From the NCBI RefSeq assembly GCF_004010195.1, contig NC_057718.1, positions 60,506,137 to 60,570,136 on the forward strand: a stretch of 64,000 bases of DNA, given 5' to 3'. The position numbers and the translations under genes were made by a program. The notes under the pieces were generated by a model. It saw nothing but the letters and a program-made list of their open reading frames with translations, did not search any database and was not told where the DNA came from. Shown piece by piece: positions 1-13,853 of the stretch (the stretch's first letter is position 1; each line of letters starts with the position of its first letter). This DNA comes from Chiloscyllium plagiosum. Lineage: Eukaryota.

Positions 1-1580
1 GTGGATAAATCCCCAGGACCTGATCAGGTGTACCCTGGAACTCTGTGGGAAGATAGGGAGGTGATTGCTGGGTCCCTGGCTGAGACATTTGTATCATCAA
101 TAGTTACAGGTGAGGTGCCAGAAGACTGGAGGTTGGCTAACGTGATGCCACTATTTAAGAAAGGTGGTAAGGACAAGCCAGGGAACTATAGAGCAGTGAG
201 CCTGATGTCGGTGGTGGGCAAGTTGTTGGAGGGAATCCTGAGGGACAGGATGTACATGTATTTGGAAAGGCAAGGACTGATTAGGGTTAGTTAACATGGC
301 TTTGTGCATCAGAAATCATATCTCACAAACTTGATTGAGTTTTTTTGAAGAAGTAACAAAAAGGACTGATGAGAGCAGAGTGGTGGACGAGATCAATATA
401 GACTTCAGTAAGGTATTCAACAAGGTTCCCTGTGGGAGACTGGTTAGCAAGGTTAGATCTCACGGAATATAGGAAGAACTAGCCATTTGGATACAAAACT
501 GGCTCAAAGGTAGAAGACAGAGGGTGGTGGTGAAGTATTGTGTTTGAGACTGGAGGCCTGTGACCAGTGGAATGCCACAAGGATCGGTGCTGGGCCGACT
601 ACTTTTTGTCCTTTATATAAATGGTTTGGATGTGAGCAAAAAAGGTAAAGTTAGTAAGTTTGCAGATGACACCAACACTTGAGGTGTCACAGACAGTGAA
701 GAAGGTTCCCTCAGATTACAACAGGATCTTGACCAGATGGGCCAAGGGCTGAGGAGTGGCAGTGGAGTTTAATTTAGATAAATGTGAGGTGCTGCATTTT
801 GGGAAAGCAAATCTTAGCAGGATTTATACCCTTAATGGTAAGGTCCTAGGGAGTATTGCTGAAGAAAGAGACCTTGGAGTGCTGGTTCATATCTCCTTGA
901 AAGTGGAGTCGCAGGTAGATAGGATAGCAAAGAAGGCATTTTGCTATGCTTTCCTTTATTGGTCAGAGTATTGAGTACAAGAGTTGGGAGGTCATGTTGC
1001 GGCTATACAGGACATAGATTGGGCTACTTTTGGAATATTGTGTGCAATTCTGGTCTCCTTCCGATTGAAAGGATGTTGTGAAACATGAAAAGGTTCAGAA
1101 AAGATTTACAAGGATGTTGCCAGGGTTGGAGGATTTGAGCTATGAGGAGAGTTGAATAGGCTTGGGCTGTTTTCCCTGGAGCGATGGATTCTTGAGGGGT
1201 GACCTTATAGAGGTTTATAAAAGCAGGAAGGGCATGGATAGGATAAATAGATAAAGGCTTTTTCCCTGGCATCCAGAACTGGAGGGCATAGGTTTAGGGT
1301 GAGAGGGGAAAGATACAAAAAAGAGACCTGAGGGGCAACGTTTTCACACAGAGGGTGGTACTTGTTTGGAATGAGCTGCAAGAGTTAGTGGTGGAGGCTC
1401 ATATAATGGCAACATTTAAAAGACATCTGAATGGTGTATGAATAGGAAGGGTTTGGAGGGATATGGGCTGGGTGCTGGCAGGTGGAACTAGATTGGGTTG
1501 GGATATCTGTTCAGCATGGACGAGTTGGACTGAAGGGTCTGTTTCCATGCTGTACTTATCTATGACTCAATGACTCTATG
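1..1580 (+). mobile_element. CR1-clade LINE, decayed ORF2 (RT region) plus 3' UTR, running in from the left window edge
   Basis: ORF pieces KSPGPDQ, WRLANVMPLFKKG..PGNYRAVSL and FNLDKCEVLHFG; frameshifts and stops; 3' tail gaagggtctgtttccatgctgta followed by (tatgactc)n. Confidence 0.95.
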
Positions 1581-1617
1581 TGTCAATTTGATTTTTGAAA
1601 ATATATGTACGGTTTGA

Positions 1618-3887
1618 CATAGAGAACATAGAACATACAGCTCAGTACAAGCCCTTCAGTCCACGATGCTGTGCCAAACATTTATCTTAATCTCAGGTCA
1701 ATCTAACCTACACACCCTCAATTTACTGCTTTCCATGTGTTTGTCCAACAGTCACTTAAATGCCCCTCATATGTCTGACTCTACTACCACTGCTGGCAGT
1801 GCATTACACGCACCCATCACTCTCTGCATAAAGAAACTACCTCTGATATCTCCCCTATACCTTCCTCCAATCACCTTAAAACTATGACCTCTCATGACAA
1901 TCATTTCTGTCCGAGGGAAAAGTCTCTGGCTATCTACTCTATCAATCCCTCTCATTACCTTTTACACCTCTATCAAATCACCACTCTTCATTCTTCTTTC
2001 CAGTATGAAAAGCCCCAGCTCACTCAACTACTCTTCATGAGACAAGCCTCCTGCACCCTCTCTAAAGCATATACACCCTTCCTATAATAAGGCAACCAGA
2101 ACTGGATGCAATTTTCCAAGTGTGGTCTTACCAGTGTTATATAGAGCTGCAACAAAACCTCATGCCCCTTTAACTCAATCCCCTGTTAATGAAATCCAAA
2201 ATACCATACACCTTCTGAACAACACTGTCAATTTGGGTGGAAACTTTGAGGGATCTATGACCCCAAGATCCTGCTGTTCCTCCACACTGTCAAGAATCCT
2301 GTCTTTAACCCTGTATTCAGCATTCAAATTTGACCTTCCAAAATGAATCACTTCATATTTATCCAGGTTGAACTCCACCTGCCACTCCTTGGCCCAGCTC
2401 TGCATCCTGTCAATGTCTTGTTGTAGCCTGCAACAGCCCTTGACACAATCTACAACACCAATGACCTTTGTGTCAACAGCAAACTTAATAACTCACCCTT
2501 CCACTTCTTCATCCACGTCATTTACAAAAACTACAAAGAGAAGAGGCCAAAGACCAGATCCCTGCAGGACACCACTGGTCACTGACCTCCTGCAGACTAC
2601 TTTCCAAACACTACCACTCATTGTCAACTTTTAGCCAGCCAATTCTGTATCCAGCCAGCCAAATTTCCCTATATCTCATACCTCCTAACTCTCTGAATGA
2701 GCCTACCATGGAGAACCTTATTAAATGCCTTACTGAAATCCATATACACCACATATCTATGACTCAATGACTCTATGTGTCAATTTGATTTTTGGAGACA
2801 CTGAAAAAATATGTACAGTTTGACATAGAGAACATAGAACAGTACAGCTCAGTACAGGCCCTTTGTCAACTTGTCTCGTCACATCCTCAAAGAACTCGAT
2901 AAGGCTTGTGAGACATGACCTGCCCCTCACAAAGCCATGCTGATGATCATATTAATCAAATTATGTTTTTTCAAATAATCATAAATCCTATCTCTCAGAA
3001 TCCTTTCCAGTACTTTGCTTACCACAGATGTAAAACTGGCTAGTCTGTAATTTCTAGGGATTTTCCTATTCCTTTTCTTGATCAGAGAAACAACAATCGC
3101 CTCCTTCCAATCATCCGGTACTACACCCGTGGAGAGTGAGGATACAAAGATCATCGAAAGAGGTGCAGCAATCTCATTTCTCACTTCCCATAGTAACCTT
3201 GGATATATCTGGTCTGACCCTGGGGACTTATCCATCTTGATGCGTCCAAGAATTTCCAGCACATCCACTTTCTTAATATCAATCTGTTCAAGCCTATTAA
3301 CCTCATCCACAGTGTTCTCACTATCAACAAGGTCCCTCTCTCTAGTGAACACCAAAGCAAAAAACTTATTTAGGGCTTCCCCTACCTCTTCAGACTCCAG
3401 GCACAAGTTCCTTTGGCCCTACCCTCTCTCTGATCATTCTCTTATTCCTCACATAAGTGTCGAACACCTTTGGGTTTTCCCTAATCCTTCCCATCAAGGC
3501 ATTTTTCTGCCCCCTCCCAGCTCTCTGCAGTCCATTTTTGAGTTATTTCCTAGCTACCCTAATTCTCTAAAGCTGTGCCATTTCCTTGCTTCCTCAACCT
3601 TAAGTAAGCTTCCTTCTTCCTCTTGACGAGAAGCTCCTCTTCTCTTGTCATCCAAGGCTCTTTCACCTTTGTGAAGGACACCTTAAAATTATCCTTGTCT
3701 CAGTGGGACAAAGTTATCCAACAATCGCAACAAGTGCTCCTTAAACAGCGTCCACATTTCTATTGTGCATTTCCCTTAGAACAATTGTTCCCAATTTATA
3801 CTTCATAGCTCCTATCTAAAAGCAGCACAATTTCCCCTCTCCCAATTAAATACCTCCCCATGCTGTCTATTCCTATCCCTCTCCATG
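1618..3887 (-). mobile_element. CR1-clade LINE, 5'-truncated, decayed ORF2, tail-to-tail with the preceding copy
   Basis: Minus-strand ORFs 2927-3406 (MDKSPGSDQIYPRLL..NYRLASFTS), 2175-2405 and 1767-1955; tail repeat agaacatagaac at about 1620-1635. Confidence 0.93.
2754..2863 (+). repeat. About 110-bp local duplicate of 1557-1656 inserted inside the second CR1
   Basis: tatctatgactcaatgactctatgtgtcaatttgattttt...tttgacatagagaacatagaac...cagctcagtaca.gccctt occurs at both places. Confidence 0.93.
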
Positions 3888-5029
3888 GTAGGAAACCAAG
3901 AACTAGGAACAATTGTAAGCTCCACAGTGTACTAAGGCTTCTTTGAATCATCCAAAAGGAGATTCAAAGCCAATACAAGTCAATGAGGTTCCTGCAGGTA
4001 TCCACTTATGTGTTTAAGGATTCATTCTGGCCTTAGTGAGAATAGGGAACAGAGCATGTGCAAGACTCCTGAACATGTAGTGCAACCTGGAGCAGAGCTA
4101 AAGACCGAAGGGCTTGTGAGCCAGCATGCCTCTGCCTTCTTATGCAGTCTTCCAAACATCTTGTTACTGTTCTGTTCTTTAGCAGTTGGTGTGGCGGACA
4201 ATCTTGGGTGTGTTTAACTTTCAGGCATTGACTGATCTGCTGTTTCCAATGTTTTTTTTTATTTTCAATGCACTGTCTTGCTAATTCTGAAAATCAAGTA
4301 CTAACTATGTCATTTATTATCAGAAAACATCTTTTCAAGACATATGCACCCTCTGTAATATTAGTTTTGAAAATAACTTTTTATGCTGATATTTAAATTC
4401 TATTTGATTCAATCACTTAATAAAACTAGAAAAAAGAGTGGATGTATAGGCTTTACCACACACCCTTTCTCAGTTATGTGCTAAGATGATTATGTTGACT
4501 TTACCTATAGGCTGCTTGTTTAACTACATGTGAAGTCAATAAGGTTCACTAAAATTATTCTTGTGAGACCAACCGATGGATTATTTTTCACAATAGTATT
4601 TTTCTTAACCAGTATGCTAATACCCCAGCTTTCATGTCCAAGCATGGCCATAAAATCTAAATCTAAATCTAGCTCATTTCCCATTCATGCATCTATGATT
4701 CACATTCCAATATTTCTCAGTAACTTAATCAGAGTTGATTTTAAGTTTACTGTCTGCATTAGTAACAACATGAATGCTGAGGGAAATAGACTATCATGGA
4801 ATTGTTTAGTCCACTGAATAAATAAGTGAATTAAAATATGATCCCTTTTCCTGATTGTGCTACATCAGGTAGCAAACACCAAGAGTATAATTCAAGCACA
4901 TTGCCAATCCACGCACTGTAATATTTAATAAGTAGGCACAAAAAACCTGATTTCTCTTTGAATGATCCCAAATTTATCTTTTCAACATGTTGTAATTGGT
5001 TCTCACTCTGCAAGCACACTAGTTACGAC

Positions 5030-5241
5030 AGAGACCGGTATCCTGCACAAATATTAGTATCCTGTCACCAAGTACCCTTTATTTAAATGTGCACAGTAAA
5101 CTGGCTGTGACCAGTCAGCTCAAAATTAGTCCCTGAAGACAGGAGACTCTGAATCCCCTATTTATATCTGTCAGTCAGGCTCCCTGTTTGGCCCAGGTTA
5201 ACAGCCCCAGTCAAGGATCTCATAGTCAATGAGATCCACCT
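5030..5241. mobile_element. Probable LTR-like interspersed repeat fragment
   Basis: Minus-strand AATAAA (ctttattt near 5076) and TATA-like (tatttatat near 5160) motifs in LTR-like order; resembles a shark repeat from memory, not verified. Confidence 0.35.
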
Positions 5242-6524
5242 AGATGTAAACATTATAGACATGATTTAACTTATTTACTTCAATAGCCTTCTCAATTAAT
5301 TGATTTAGCAAGTCCCAATATCCTCTGGTGTCTTGCTTCCCATTTTTGCTTCTACCAATTTAGAATTGGACCATTCACCATGGCAAATAATTCAGTTTGC
5401 CAATCTCTTCCAAAAGCTTCAATTTGATAACCTCAAAATCACCTCTTTACTGTAGAATACATGTTTAACTTCCTTGACCCTTTCTTATAAATTGTTTCCT
5501 ATTTTTGGCTATTGTTGATTTGCTTGTTTTGATAGATCGCTCTAGATCGACCAATTGCATTTTTCAAAGTTCACTCCAGGTAAAGACAGAAAAAAAGAGA
5601 TGTTTCAATGTGCAGGTTGTTGAGTACTGTTGTCGACCCCCTTAATCTGGCTTTGAGTTTCCAAAAGTTTCCATACTTCCAGATTGCTATTTGCAACTCC
5701 AGAGAAAAATCATAGGAACATCAAAAATGATTTTTTTGTCAGTTTCTTTGAACATATTTCTTTACCAGACATAAAATTGTTCAACATAAAATAATTGGCT
5801 CTTCGGCTGACAGTCAAGCATTGTCCAGCTGGATACTGAGTCTTTTACTTTCCAATCAGTGTAGGAGGGCATTGCGACATAATAAATGATATGTTGGCTA
5901 ACCTGGAGTATGGAGTAAATCATGTGATAGAGCATTCAAGAGTAGATTTTATCATACTTGACCACCCTAGTTGGAAACTATTTCCCTGACAGATACAATT
6001 GCCATTTTCCATATTTGGATGTGCAGGTAGGACATCAGGGAAGGAAGAGATGGTTGAAGTAAAACAATTCGAAGTATATCATTGGGCTGCATTTTGCAGT
6101 GAAATGAATGATTATCTGCACAGCACTCACTATTATTATTCAGTAAATCAACTAGCAACCTCTAGGAGGTCTGCAGGTGCAGCTAAATGCATAGACCAGG
6201 AAGCTGTTGGCTGAGTTTCTGAGGTCTTCCACAAGTTGTAGAAAAATAATATCCCCATGAGTTACTGAAATATATGGACGGGTATGAAGTTGTTATAATT
6301 GCCTGATGTATAAAAACTCAAAAAAAGGTGAAAGTACCCTTTTAATAGCATGAAATATTTTAATTATTGCTAATCAATCTTTCAGGCCATACTGCATTGT
6401 TTACCTTCTTGACATGGTCCCGCATGTCCAATCGGATTGCTAATTTTTCCAATATTTGGTTGAAAGTTAAGCAAGTGGAATGAATGGCTGGCACACTTGT
6501 TCACTGCTGAGTGTCAAATCCAGT

Positions 6525-7500
6525 TCGATCAATTCCATGAAATCATGGCTAATCTGATCATCTTCGATCGTGTTTTCCTGCCCTTTTCTCATACCCTTTT
6601 GGAATAAAAATCTGTCTATCTCAGGCTTGAACATACTTAATGACTCAGCCTCGACAGCTATCTATGGTAAAGAATTCCACAGGTTCACTGCTCCCTGACA
6701 GAAGAACTTCCTCATCTCTGTCCTAACTAAGCAACCCCTGCCTCTCAGATTATGTCCTCTCATCCTTGACTCTCCGATAAGGGGAAGCAACCTCTTTGCA
6801 TCTCCTTTGTCAAGCCCCCGAATCTTTTAACCAGGTTTCTGTTTATTCTTCTGAGTACAAGTCCGACATACTCAACACATCCACATAAGAAAATCCCTCC
6901 ATACTTATAATCAACCTAATAAACCTCCACTGGACTGCCTCCAATGCCAGTATGTCTTTCCTTAGATTAGAATTCAAAACTGTTCATATTGTTCCAGATT
7001 ATGTTAAATAAATGTCTAATGTGCTTTTAGCAAGATTTCCCAATTTTTATACATCATTCTCTTTGGAATAAAGGCCAGCACTCTATTTGCCTTCCTTATT
7101 GTCCATTGACCTTGTACATCAGTTTTTAATGATTCATGTATGAGAACCCCTAAATTGCTCTTTGTTGCAGCTTTCTGTAGTCTTTCGCTATTTAAATAAT
7201 ATTCAGTTCCTCTATTCTTCCTGCCAAACTGCATAACATTAAGTTTTTTTCACATTATATACAATCTGACATGTTTTTGCACACCCACCTAACTTGTCTA
7301 ATCCCTCTTTGTAGATTATTTGCATTTTCATGTTGTCCTCAAACTTATCAATTGTACATTCATTTCCCTCATCCATGCCTTGAATGTATATTGTAACTAA
7401 TTGTAAGTCCAGCACTCAGTTGCAGATTGCCATCCTAAAAATGCCCATCTTATCCCAACTCTAAGTCTTCTATTAGTTTGCCAATCTTTTATCTGTCCAA
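6525..7500 (-). mobile_element. Old CR1-clade LINE 3' fragment
   Basis: ORF 7016-7234 (FGRKNRGTEYYLNSERLQ..LGVLIHESLK..IRKANRVLAFI); same subfamily as 61170-62365. Confidence 0.85.
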
Positions 7501-7974
7501 TCATGCACTATCATACACTGCATTTGCTTCAATTAAATGGACATATCTAAGGGGCCATGATCATTCATGCAGGTCCAGTGCTCCCAGTTCAAGGATTAGT
7601 GATAATTTAGTCAGTGAGCTGCACAGTGATCAGTCAGAATGGTCTGGTCACTCATTAGTTGGAGCTGTCATTCCAAGTCAGTTAGGAGATAGGCCAGGAT
7701 CTGTCAAGTATGCCTGTTCACTGAAAGTCAAAAGCGATTATGAAAGTGTCGTTGTTATGGTTGGTCAGTTGGGAAGTCAATTAGAGTTATAGAATCATAG
7801 GGAAGTGCAGCACAGAATCAGACCCTTCAGTCCAACTCATCCATGCTGACCAGATATCCCAACCCAATCTAGTCCCATCTGCCAGCACGTGGCCTATATC
7901 CCTCCAAACCCTTCCTGTTCATAAACCCATCCAGATGCCTTTTATATGTTGCAGTTGTAACAGCCTCAACCACT

Positions 7975-8014
7975 CTGTTTCCATGCTGTATATCTCTATG
8001 ACTATGACTCAATG
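7975..8014 (+). mobile_element. 40-bp CR1 3'-tail fragment inserted antisense into the host CR1
   Basis: ctgtttccatgctgtatatctctatgactatgactcaatg interrupts accact|tccactggcagct and is flanked by act on both sides. Confidence 0.8.
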
Positions 8015-10664
8015 ACTTCCACTGGCAGCTCATTCCATACACATACCACACTCTTCATGAAAAACTTGCCCCATAGGGAAAACAGCCCCAGCCACTTTAA
8101 CATCTCCTTATAGCTCAAACCCTCCAACCCTGGCAACATCCTTGTAAATCTTTTCTGAACCATTTCAAGTTTCACAACATCTTTCCAATAGGAGGGAGAC
8201 CAGAATTGCATGCAATATTCCAAAAGTGGCCTAACCAATGTCCTGTACTGCCGCAATATGACCTCCCAAGTCCAGTACTCAATACTCTGACCAATGAAGG
8301 AAAGCACACCAAATGACGCTTTCACTTTCCTATCTACCTGTGACTCCACTTTCAAAGAGCTATGAACCTGCACTCCAAGGCCTCTTTGTTCAACAACACT
8401 CCCGAGGAACTTATCTTTAAGTGTATAAGTCCTGCGAAGAGTTGCTTTCCCAAAATGCAGGACTTCACATTTATTTAAATTACACTCCATCTGCCACTTC
8501 TCAGCCCATTAGCCCATCTGATCAAGATCCCATAGTAATCTGAGGTAACCTTCTTTGATGTCCACTACACCTCCAATTTTGATGTCATCTGCAAACCTAT
8601 GAATTTTACCTCTTATGCACACATCCCAGTCATTTATACACAAGTTGAAAAGTAATAGATCCAGCACCAATCCTTGTCGTACTCCACTGATCACAGACCT
8701 CCAGTCTGAAAAGCAATCCTCCATCACTACCTTCTGTCTTCTACCTTTGAGCCAGTTCTGTGTCCAAATGGCTAGTTTTCCCTGTATTCCATGAGATCTA
8801 GCCTTGCTAATCAGTCTCCCATGGGGTAACTTGTCGAACGCCATACTAAAGTCCATATAGATTATGTCTACTGATCTGCCCTCATCAATCCTCTTTGTTA
8901 CTTCTTCAAAAAGCTCAACCAGGTTTATGAGACATGATTTCCCATGCATAAATCCATGTTGACTATCCCCAATCAGTACTTGCCTTTCCAAATACATGTA
9001 CTTCCTGTCCATCAGGATTCCCTCCAGCAACTTGCCCACCACTGATGTCAGGCTCACTTGTCTGTAGTTCCCTGGCTTGTCCTTACCACCTTTCTTATAT
9101 AGTGGCACCACATTAGCCAACCTCCAGTCTTCTGGCATCTCACCAGTGACTATTGATGATAGTAATATCTCAGCAAGGAGCCCAGCAATCACTTTCCTAG
9201 CTTCCACAGAGTTATAGGGTACATCTCATTATGTTACAAGACATCCAGCACTTCCTCCTCTGTAATAGGAACATTTTTCAAAATGTCACCATCTATTTCC
9301 CTACATTCTGAATCTCCATGTCCTTTTCCACAGTAAACACTGATGCAAAATACTCATTTAGTACCTCCCCCATCTCCTGTGGCTCCACACAAAGGCCGCC
9401 TTGCTGATCTTTGAAGTGCCTTATTCTCTCCCTAGTTATCCTATTACCCTTAATGTATTTGTAAAAGCCCTTTGGATTCTCCTTAAGTCTATTTGTCAAC
9501 CCTATCTCATGTCCCCTTTTTGCCCTCCTGATTTCCCTCTTAAGTATATTACTACTTCCTTTATACTCTTCAAAGGATTCACTCAATCTATCCTGTCTAT
9601 ACCTGACATATGTTTCCTTCTTTTTATTAACCAAACCCTCAATTTCTTTAGTCATCCACATTCCCTATACCTATCAGCCTTCCCTTTCACCCTAACAGGA
9701 ATATACTTTCTCTGGATTCTTGTTATCTCATTTCTGAAGGCTTCCCATTTTTCATCCACCCCATTACCTGTGAACATCTGCCTCCAATTAGCTTTTGAAA
9801 GTTCTTGCCTAGTACCACAAACTTAGGCTTCCTCTAAGTTAGAACTTCAACTTTTTGATTTGGTCTATCCTTTTCCACCACTATTTTAAAACTAATACAA
9901 TTATGGTCGCTGACCCCAAAGTGCTCCCCCACTGACACCTCAGTCACCTGCCCTACCTTATTTCCCAACAATAGGTCAAGTTTTGCACCTTCTGTAGTAG
10001 GTACATCCACATACCGGATCAGAAACTTTCTTGTACACACTTAACAAATTCCTCTCCATCTAAACCTTTAACACAATGGCAGTCCCAGTCTATGTTTGGA
10101 AAGTTAAAATCCCCTACCATAGCCACCCTATTGTTCTTACAGATAACTGAGATCTCCTTACAAGTTTGTTTCTCAATTTTCCGCTGACTATTTGGGGATC
10201 TACAATACAATCCCAATGAGGTGATCATCCCTTTCTTATTTGTCAGTTCTATCGCAATATCTTCCCTGGATGTATTTCCAGGAATATCCTCTCTCAGTAC
10301 AGCTGTAATGCTATCCCTTGTCTAAAATGCCATTCCCCATCCTCTTTTGAGTCTGTTTCTGTCCTTCCTGTAGCATTTGTATCCAGGAACATTAAGCTGC
10401 CAGTCCTGTCCATCCCTGAGCCATGTTTCTGTAATTGCTATGATGTCCCAGTCCCATGTTTCTAACCATGCCCTGAGTTCATCTGCCTTCCCTGTTAGGC
10501 CTCTTGCATTGAAATAAATGCAGTTTAATTTATCAGTCCTACCTTGTTCTCTGCTTTGTCCTTGCCTTTCCTGACTGTTTGACTTGCTTCTTTTCTCAAA
10601 TGTACCAGTCTCAGACTGATCTCTTTATTCAATATCTCCCTAGTTCCCACATCCCCACGTCACT

Positions 10665-11592
10665 AGTTTAAATCATCCCAAGCAGCTCTAGCAAATCTCC
10701 CTGCCAATCTATGAGTCCCCTTCCAATTCATGCAATCCATCCTTCTTGTACCGGTCACTTCTACCCGAGAAGAGATTTCAATAATCCAAAAATATGAATC
10801 CTTCTCCCATACACCAGCTCCTCAGCCCTGAATTCATCTGCTCTATCCTCCTATTCCTGCCCCCACTAGCTCATAGCACCAGGAGTAATCCAGATATTAC
10901 TACTCTCGATGATCTTGTTTTTAAATTCCTGCCTAATTCTGTACATTCTTCCTTCAGAATCTCATCCTTTTCCCTGACTTTGTCACTGGTTCCAATGTGT
11001 ACAATGACTTCATGCTCATCCGTCTGCCCCTTGAGAACATTCTGCACCCTCTCTGAGACATCCTTGATCCTGGCACCAGGGAGGCAACACATCATTCTGA
11101 TTTTTCACTGATGGCCACAGAAACATCCGTCTCTGCCTCGGACTAGAGAGTCCCCTAACACAACTGATCTCTTGGAACCCAACCTCCCCCTCATTACATT
11201 TGAGCCAGTCTTGATCCCAGAAACTTGGCTGGTCTTGCTACCTTCCCCTGAGATTCCACCACTCTCTACATTTTCCAAAACAGCATACTTGTTTGAAATG
11301 AGGGTAGCGACAGAAGACTTTTGCACTAACTGCCTACTTCTCTTGCCTTTCCTGGAGTTAACCCATCCATGTGACTGTATCTGCAACTTTTTTCCCTTCC
11401 TATCACTGCCATCCATCACCCCTTGTGTTTGTAAATTCCTCATTGCCTCTAACTGTCTCCCCAACCAATCCATTCGATCCGATAGGATTTGCAACCAATG
11501 GCATTCATTGCAGATATAATCCTCAGTGACACGTAAACTCTCCCTAAACTCACACTTTCGACAAGAAGAGCATATCACACGACAAAAGGCCA
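10665..11592 (-). pseudogene. CR1 ORF1p: N-terminal CxxC..CxxC, coiled coil, SGNH/GDSL esterase domain (frameshifted)
   Basis: MAFCRVICSSC..YICNECHWLQILSDRMDWL; VVLGDSLVRG (block I); CCLPGARIKDV (block II); VHIGTSD (block III). Confidence 0.88.
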
Positions 11593-11792
11593 TTTTTGCT
11601 TCTTCCAATCTACAGACCCAAAAATAGCACTGTCTTATTCCTCTATAAAACACTGTTCCAGGCTAATTTAATAGATATGGCTTATATTTTTAAGTTTAAT
11701 CAAGTGACATATCTCAGTGAAAATATCAAGAAAGAACCCACTCTGCTCACTACTGCAGACTTACTGTAAGCTCACAGTTAAAAATATTCACT

Positions 11793-13853
11793 AAGAGTCA
11801 GTGAGTCATAGAGATGTACAGCATGGAAACAGACCCTTTGGTCCAACCCGCTCATGCCAACCAGATGTCCCAACCCAATCTAGTCCCACCTGCCAGCACC
11901 TAGTCCATACCCCTCCAAACCCTTCATATTCATATGTCCATCCAGATGCCTTTTACATTTTGCAATTGTACTAGCCTCTACGACTTCCTCTGGCAACTTA
12001 TTCTATATACATACCACCCTCTGCGTGAAAACGTTGCCCTTTAGGTCTCTTTTATATCTCCCCTCTCACCCCAAAAGTATACAAACTAGTTTGGACTCCC
12101 CCACCCCAGGGAAAAGACTTTGTCTATTTATTCTATCCATGCCCCTCATGGTTTTATAAACCTCCATAATGTCACCCCTCAGCCTCTGACACTCGAGAGA
12201 AAATAACCCAAGCGTATTCAACTTCTCCCTATAGCTCAACCCTGGCAATATCCTTGTAAATCTTTTCTAGCCCTTTCAAGTTTCACAACATCTTTCTGAT
12301 AGAAAGGAGACCAGAATTGCACGCAATATTCCAACAGTGGCCTAACCAATGTCCTGTACAGTAGCAATATGACCTCCCAATTCCTGTACTCAATACTCTG
12401 ACCAATAAAGGAAAGCATACCAAACGCCTACTTCACTATCCTATCTACCTATGACTCCACTTTCAAGGAGCTATGAACTTGCATTCCAAGGTCTCTTTGT
12501 TCAGCAACACTTCCCAGGATCTTACCATTAGGTGTATAAATCCTGCTAGGATTTGCTTTCCCAAAATGCAGCACCTCGCATTTATCTAAATTAAACTCCA
12601 TCTGCCACTTCTCAGCTCATTGGCCCATCTGATCAAGATCCCGTTGTAATCTGAAGTAACCTTCTTCACTGCCCACTACAATTCCAATTTTGGTGTCATC
12701 TGCAAACTTACTAACTATACCACTTATGCTCCCATCCAAGTCATTTATATAAATCATGAAAAGTAGGGGACCCAGCACCGATCCTTGTGGCACTCCATTA
12801 GTCACAGGCTTCCAGTCTGAAAAACAACCTTCCCCCACCACCCTCTGTCTTCTGCCTTTGAGACAGTTCTAGTTCTCCCTGTATTCCATGAGATCTAACC
12901 TTGCTAATCAATCTCCCATGGGGAAACTTGTCGAACGTCTTACTGAAGTCGATATAGATCACATCTACTGCTCTGTTCTCATCAATCCTCTTTGTTACTT
13001 CTTTAAAAAACTCAATCAAGTTTGTGAGACATGATTTCCCACACACAAAGCCATGTTGACTATCCCTAATCAGTCCTGGCCTTTCCAAATACATGTACAT
13101 CCTGTCCCTCAGGGTTCCCTCCAACAACTTGTCCACCACCGATGTCAGGCTCATTGGTCTATAGTTTGCTGGCTTGTCCTTACCACCCTTCTAAAACAGT
13201 GGCACCACGTTTGCCAACCTCCAGTCTTCCGGCACTTCACTGTGACTATTGATGATACAAATATCTCAGTAAGAGGCCCATCAATCACTTCCCTAGCTTC
13301 CCACAAAGATCTCGGGAACACCTGATCAGGTCCTGGGGATTTATCCACCTTTATGTGTTTAAAGACATCCAGCACTTCCTCCTCTGTAATATGAACATTT
13401 TTCAAGATGTCACCATCTATTTCCCTACATTCTATACCTTCCATGTCCTTTTCCACAGTAAATACTGATGTAAAATACTTGTTTATCATCTCCCCCATCT
13501 CCTACGGCTCCACATGAAGGCTGCCTTGTTGATCTTCGTGGGGCCCTATTTTCTCCCTAGTTACCCTTTTGTCCTTAATATATTTGTAAAAACCCTTTGG
13601 ATTCTCCTTAAATCTATTTGTCAAAGCTATCTCATGTCCCCTTTTTGCCCTGCTGATTTCTCTCCTACGTATACTCCTACTGCCTTTATACATTTCTAAG
13701 GATTCACTTGATCTATCCTGTCTATACCTGACATACGCTTCCTTCTTTTTCTTAACCAAACTCTCAATTTCTTTAGTCACCCATTATTCCCTCATCTACC
13801 AGCCTTTCCTTTCACCCTAACAGGAATATACTTTGTCTGGGCTCTCGTTATCT
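11793..13853 (-). mobile_element. 5'-truncated CR1 of the same family nested in the upstream/5' UTR part of the outer CR1
   Basis: ORFs 12066-13780 ([24 protein letters not shown]); tail gagtcatagagatgtacagcatggaaacagacc near 11804; closely similar to 7790-9735. Confidence 0.93.

Noticed and set aside
6131..6264. Minus-strand exon bounded by tttcag and gtgagt
   Set aside because: All three frames contain stops.
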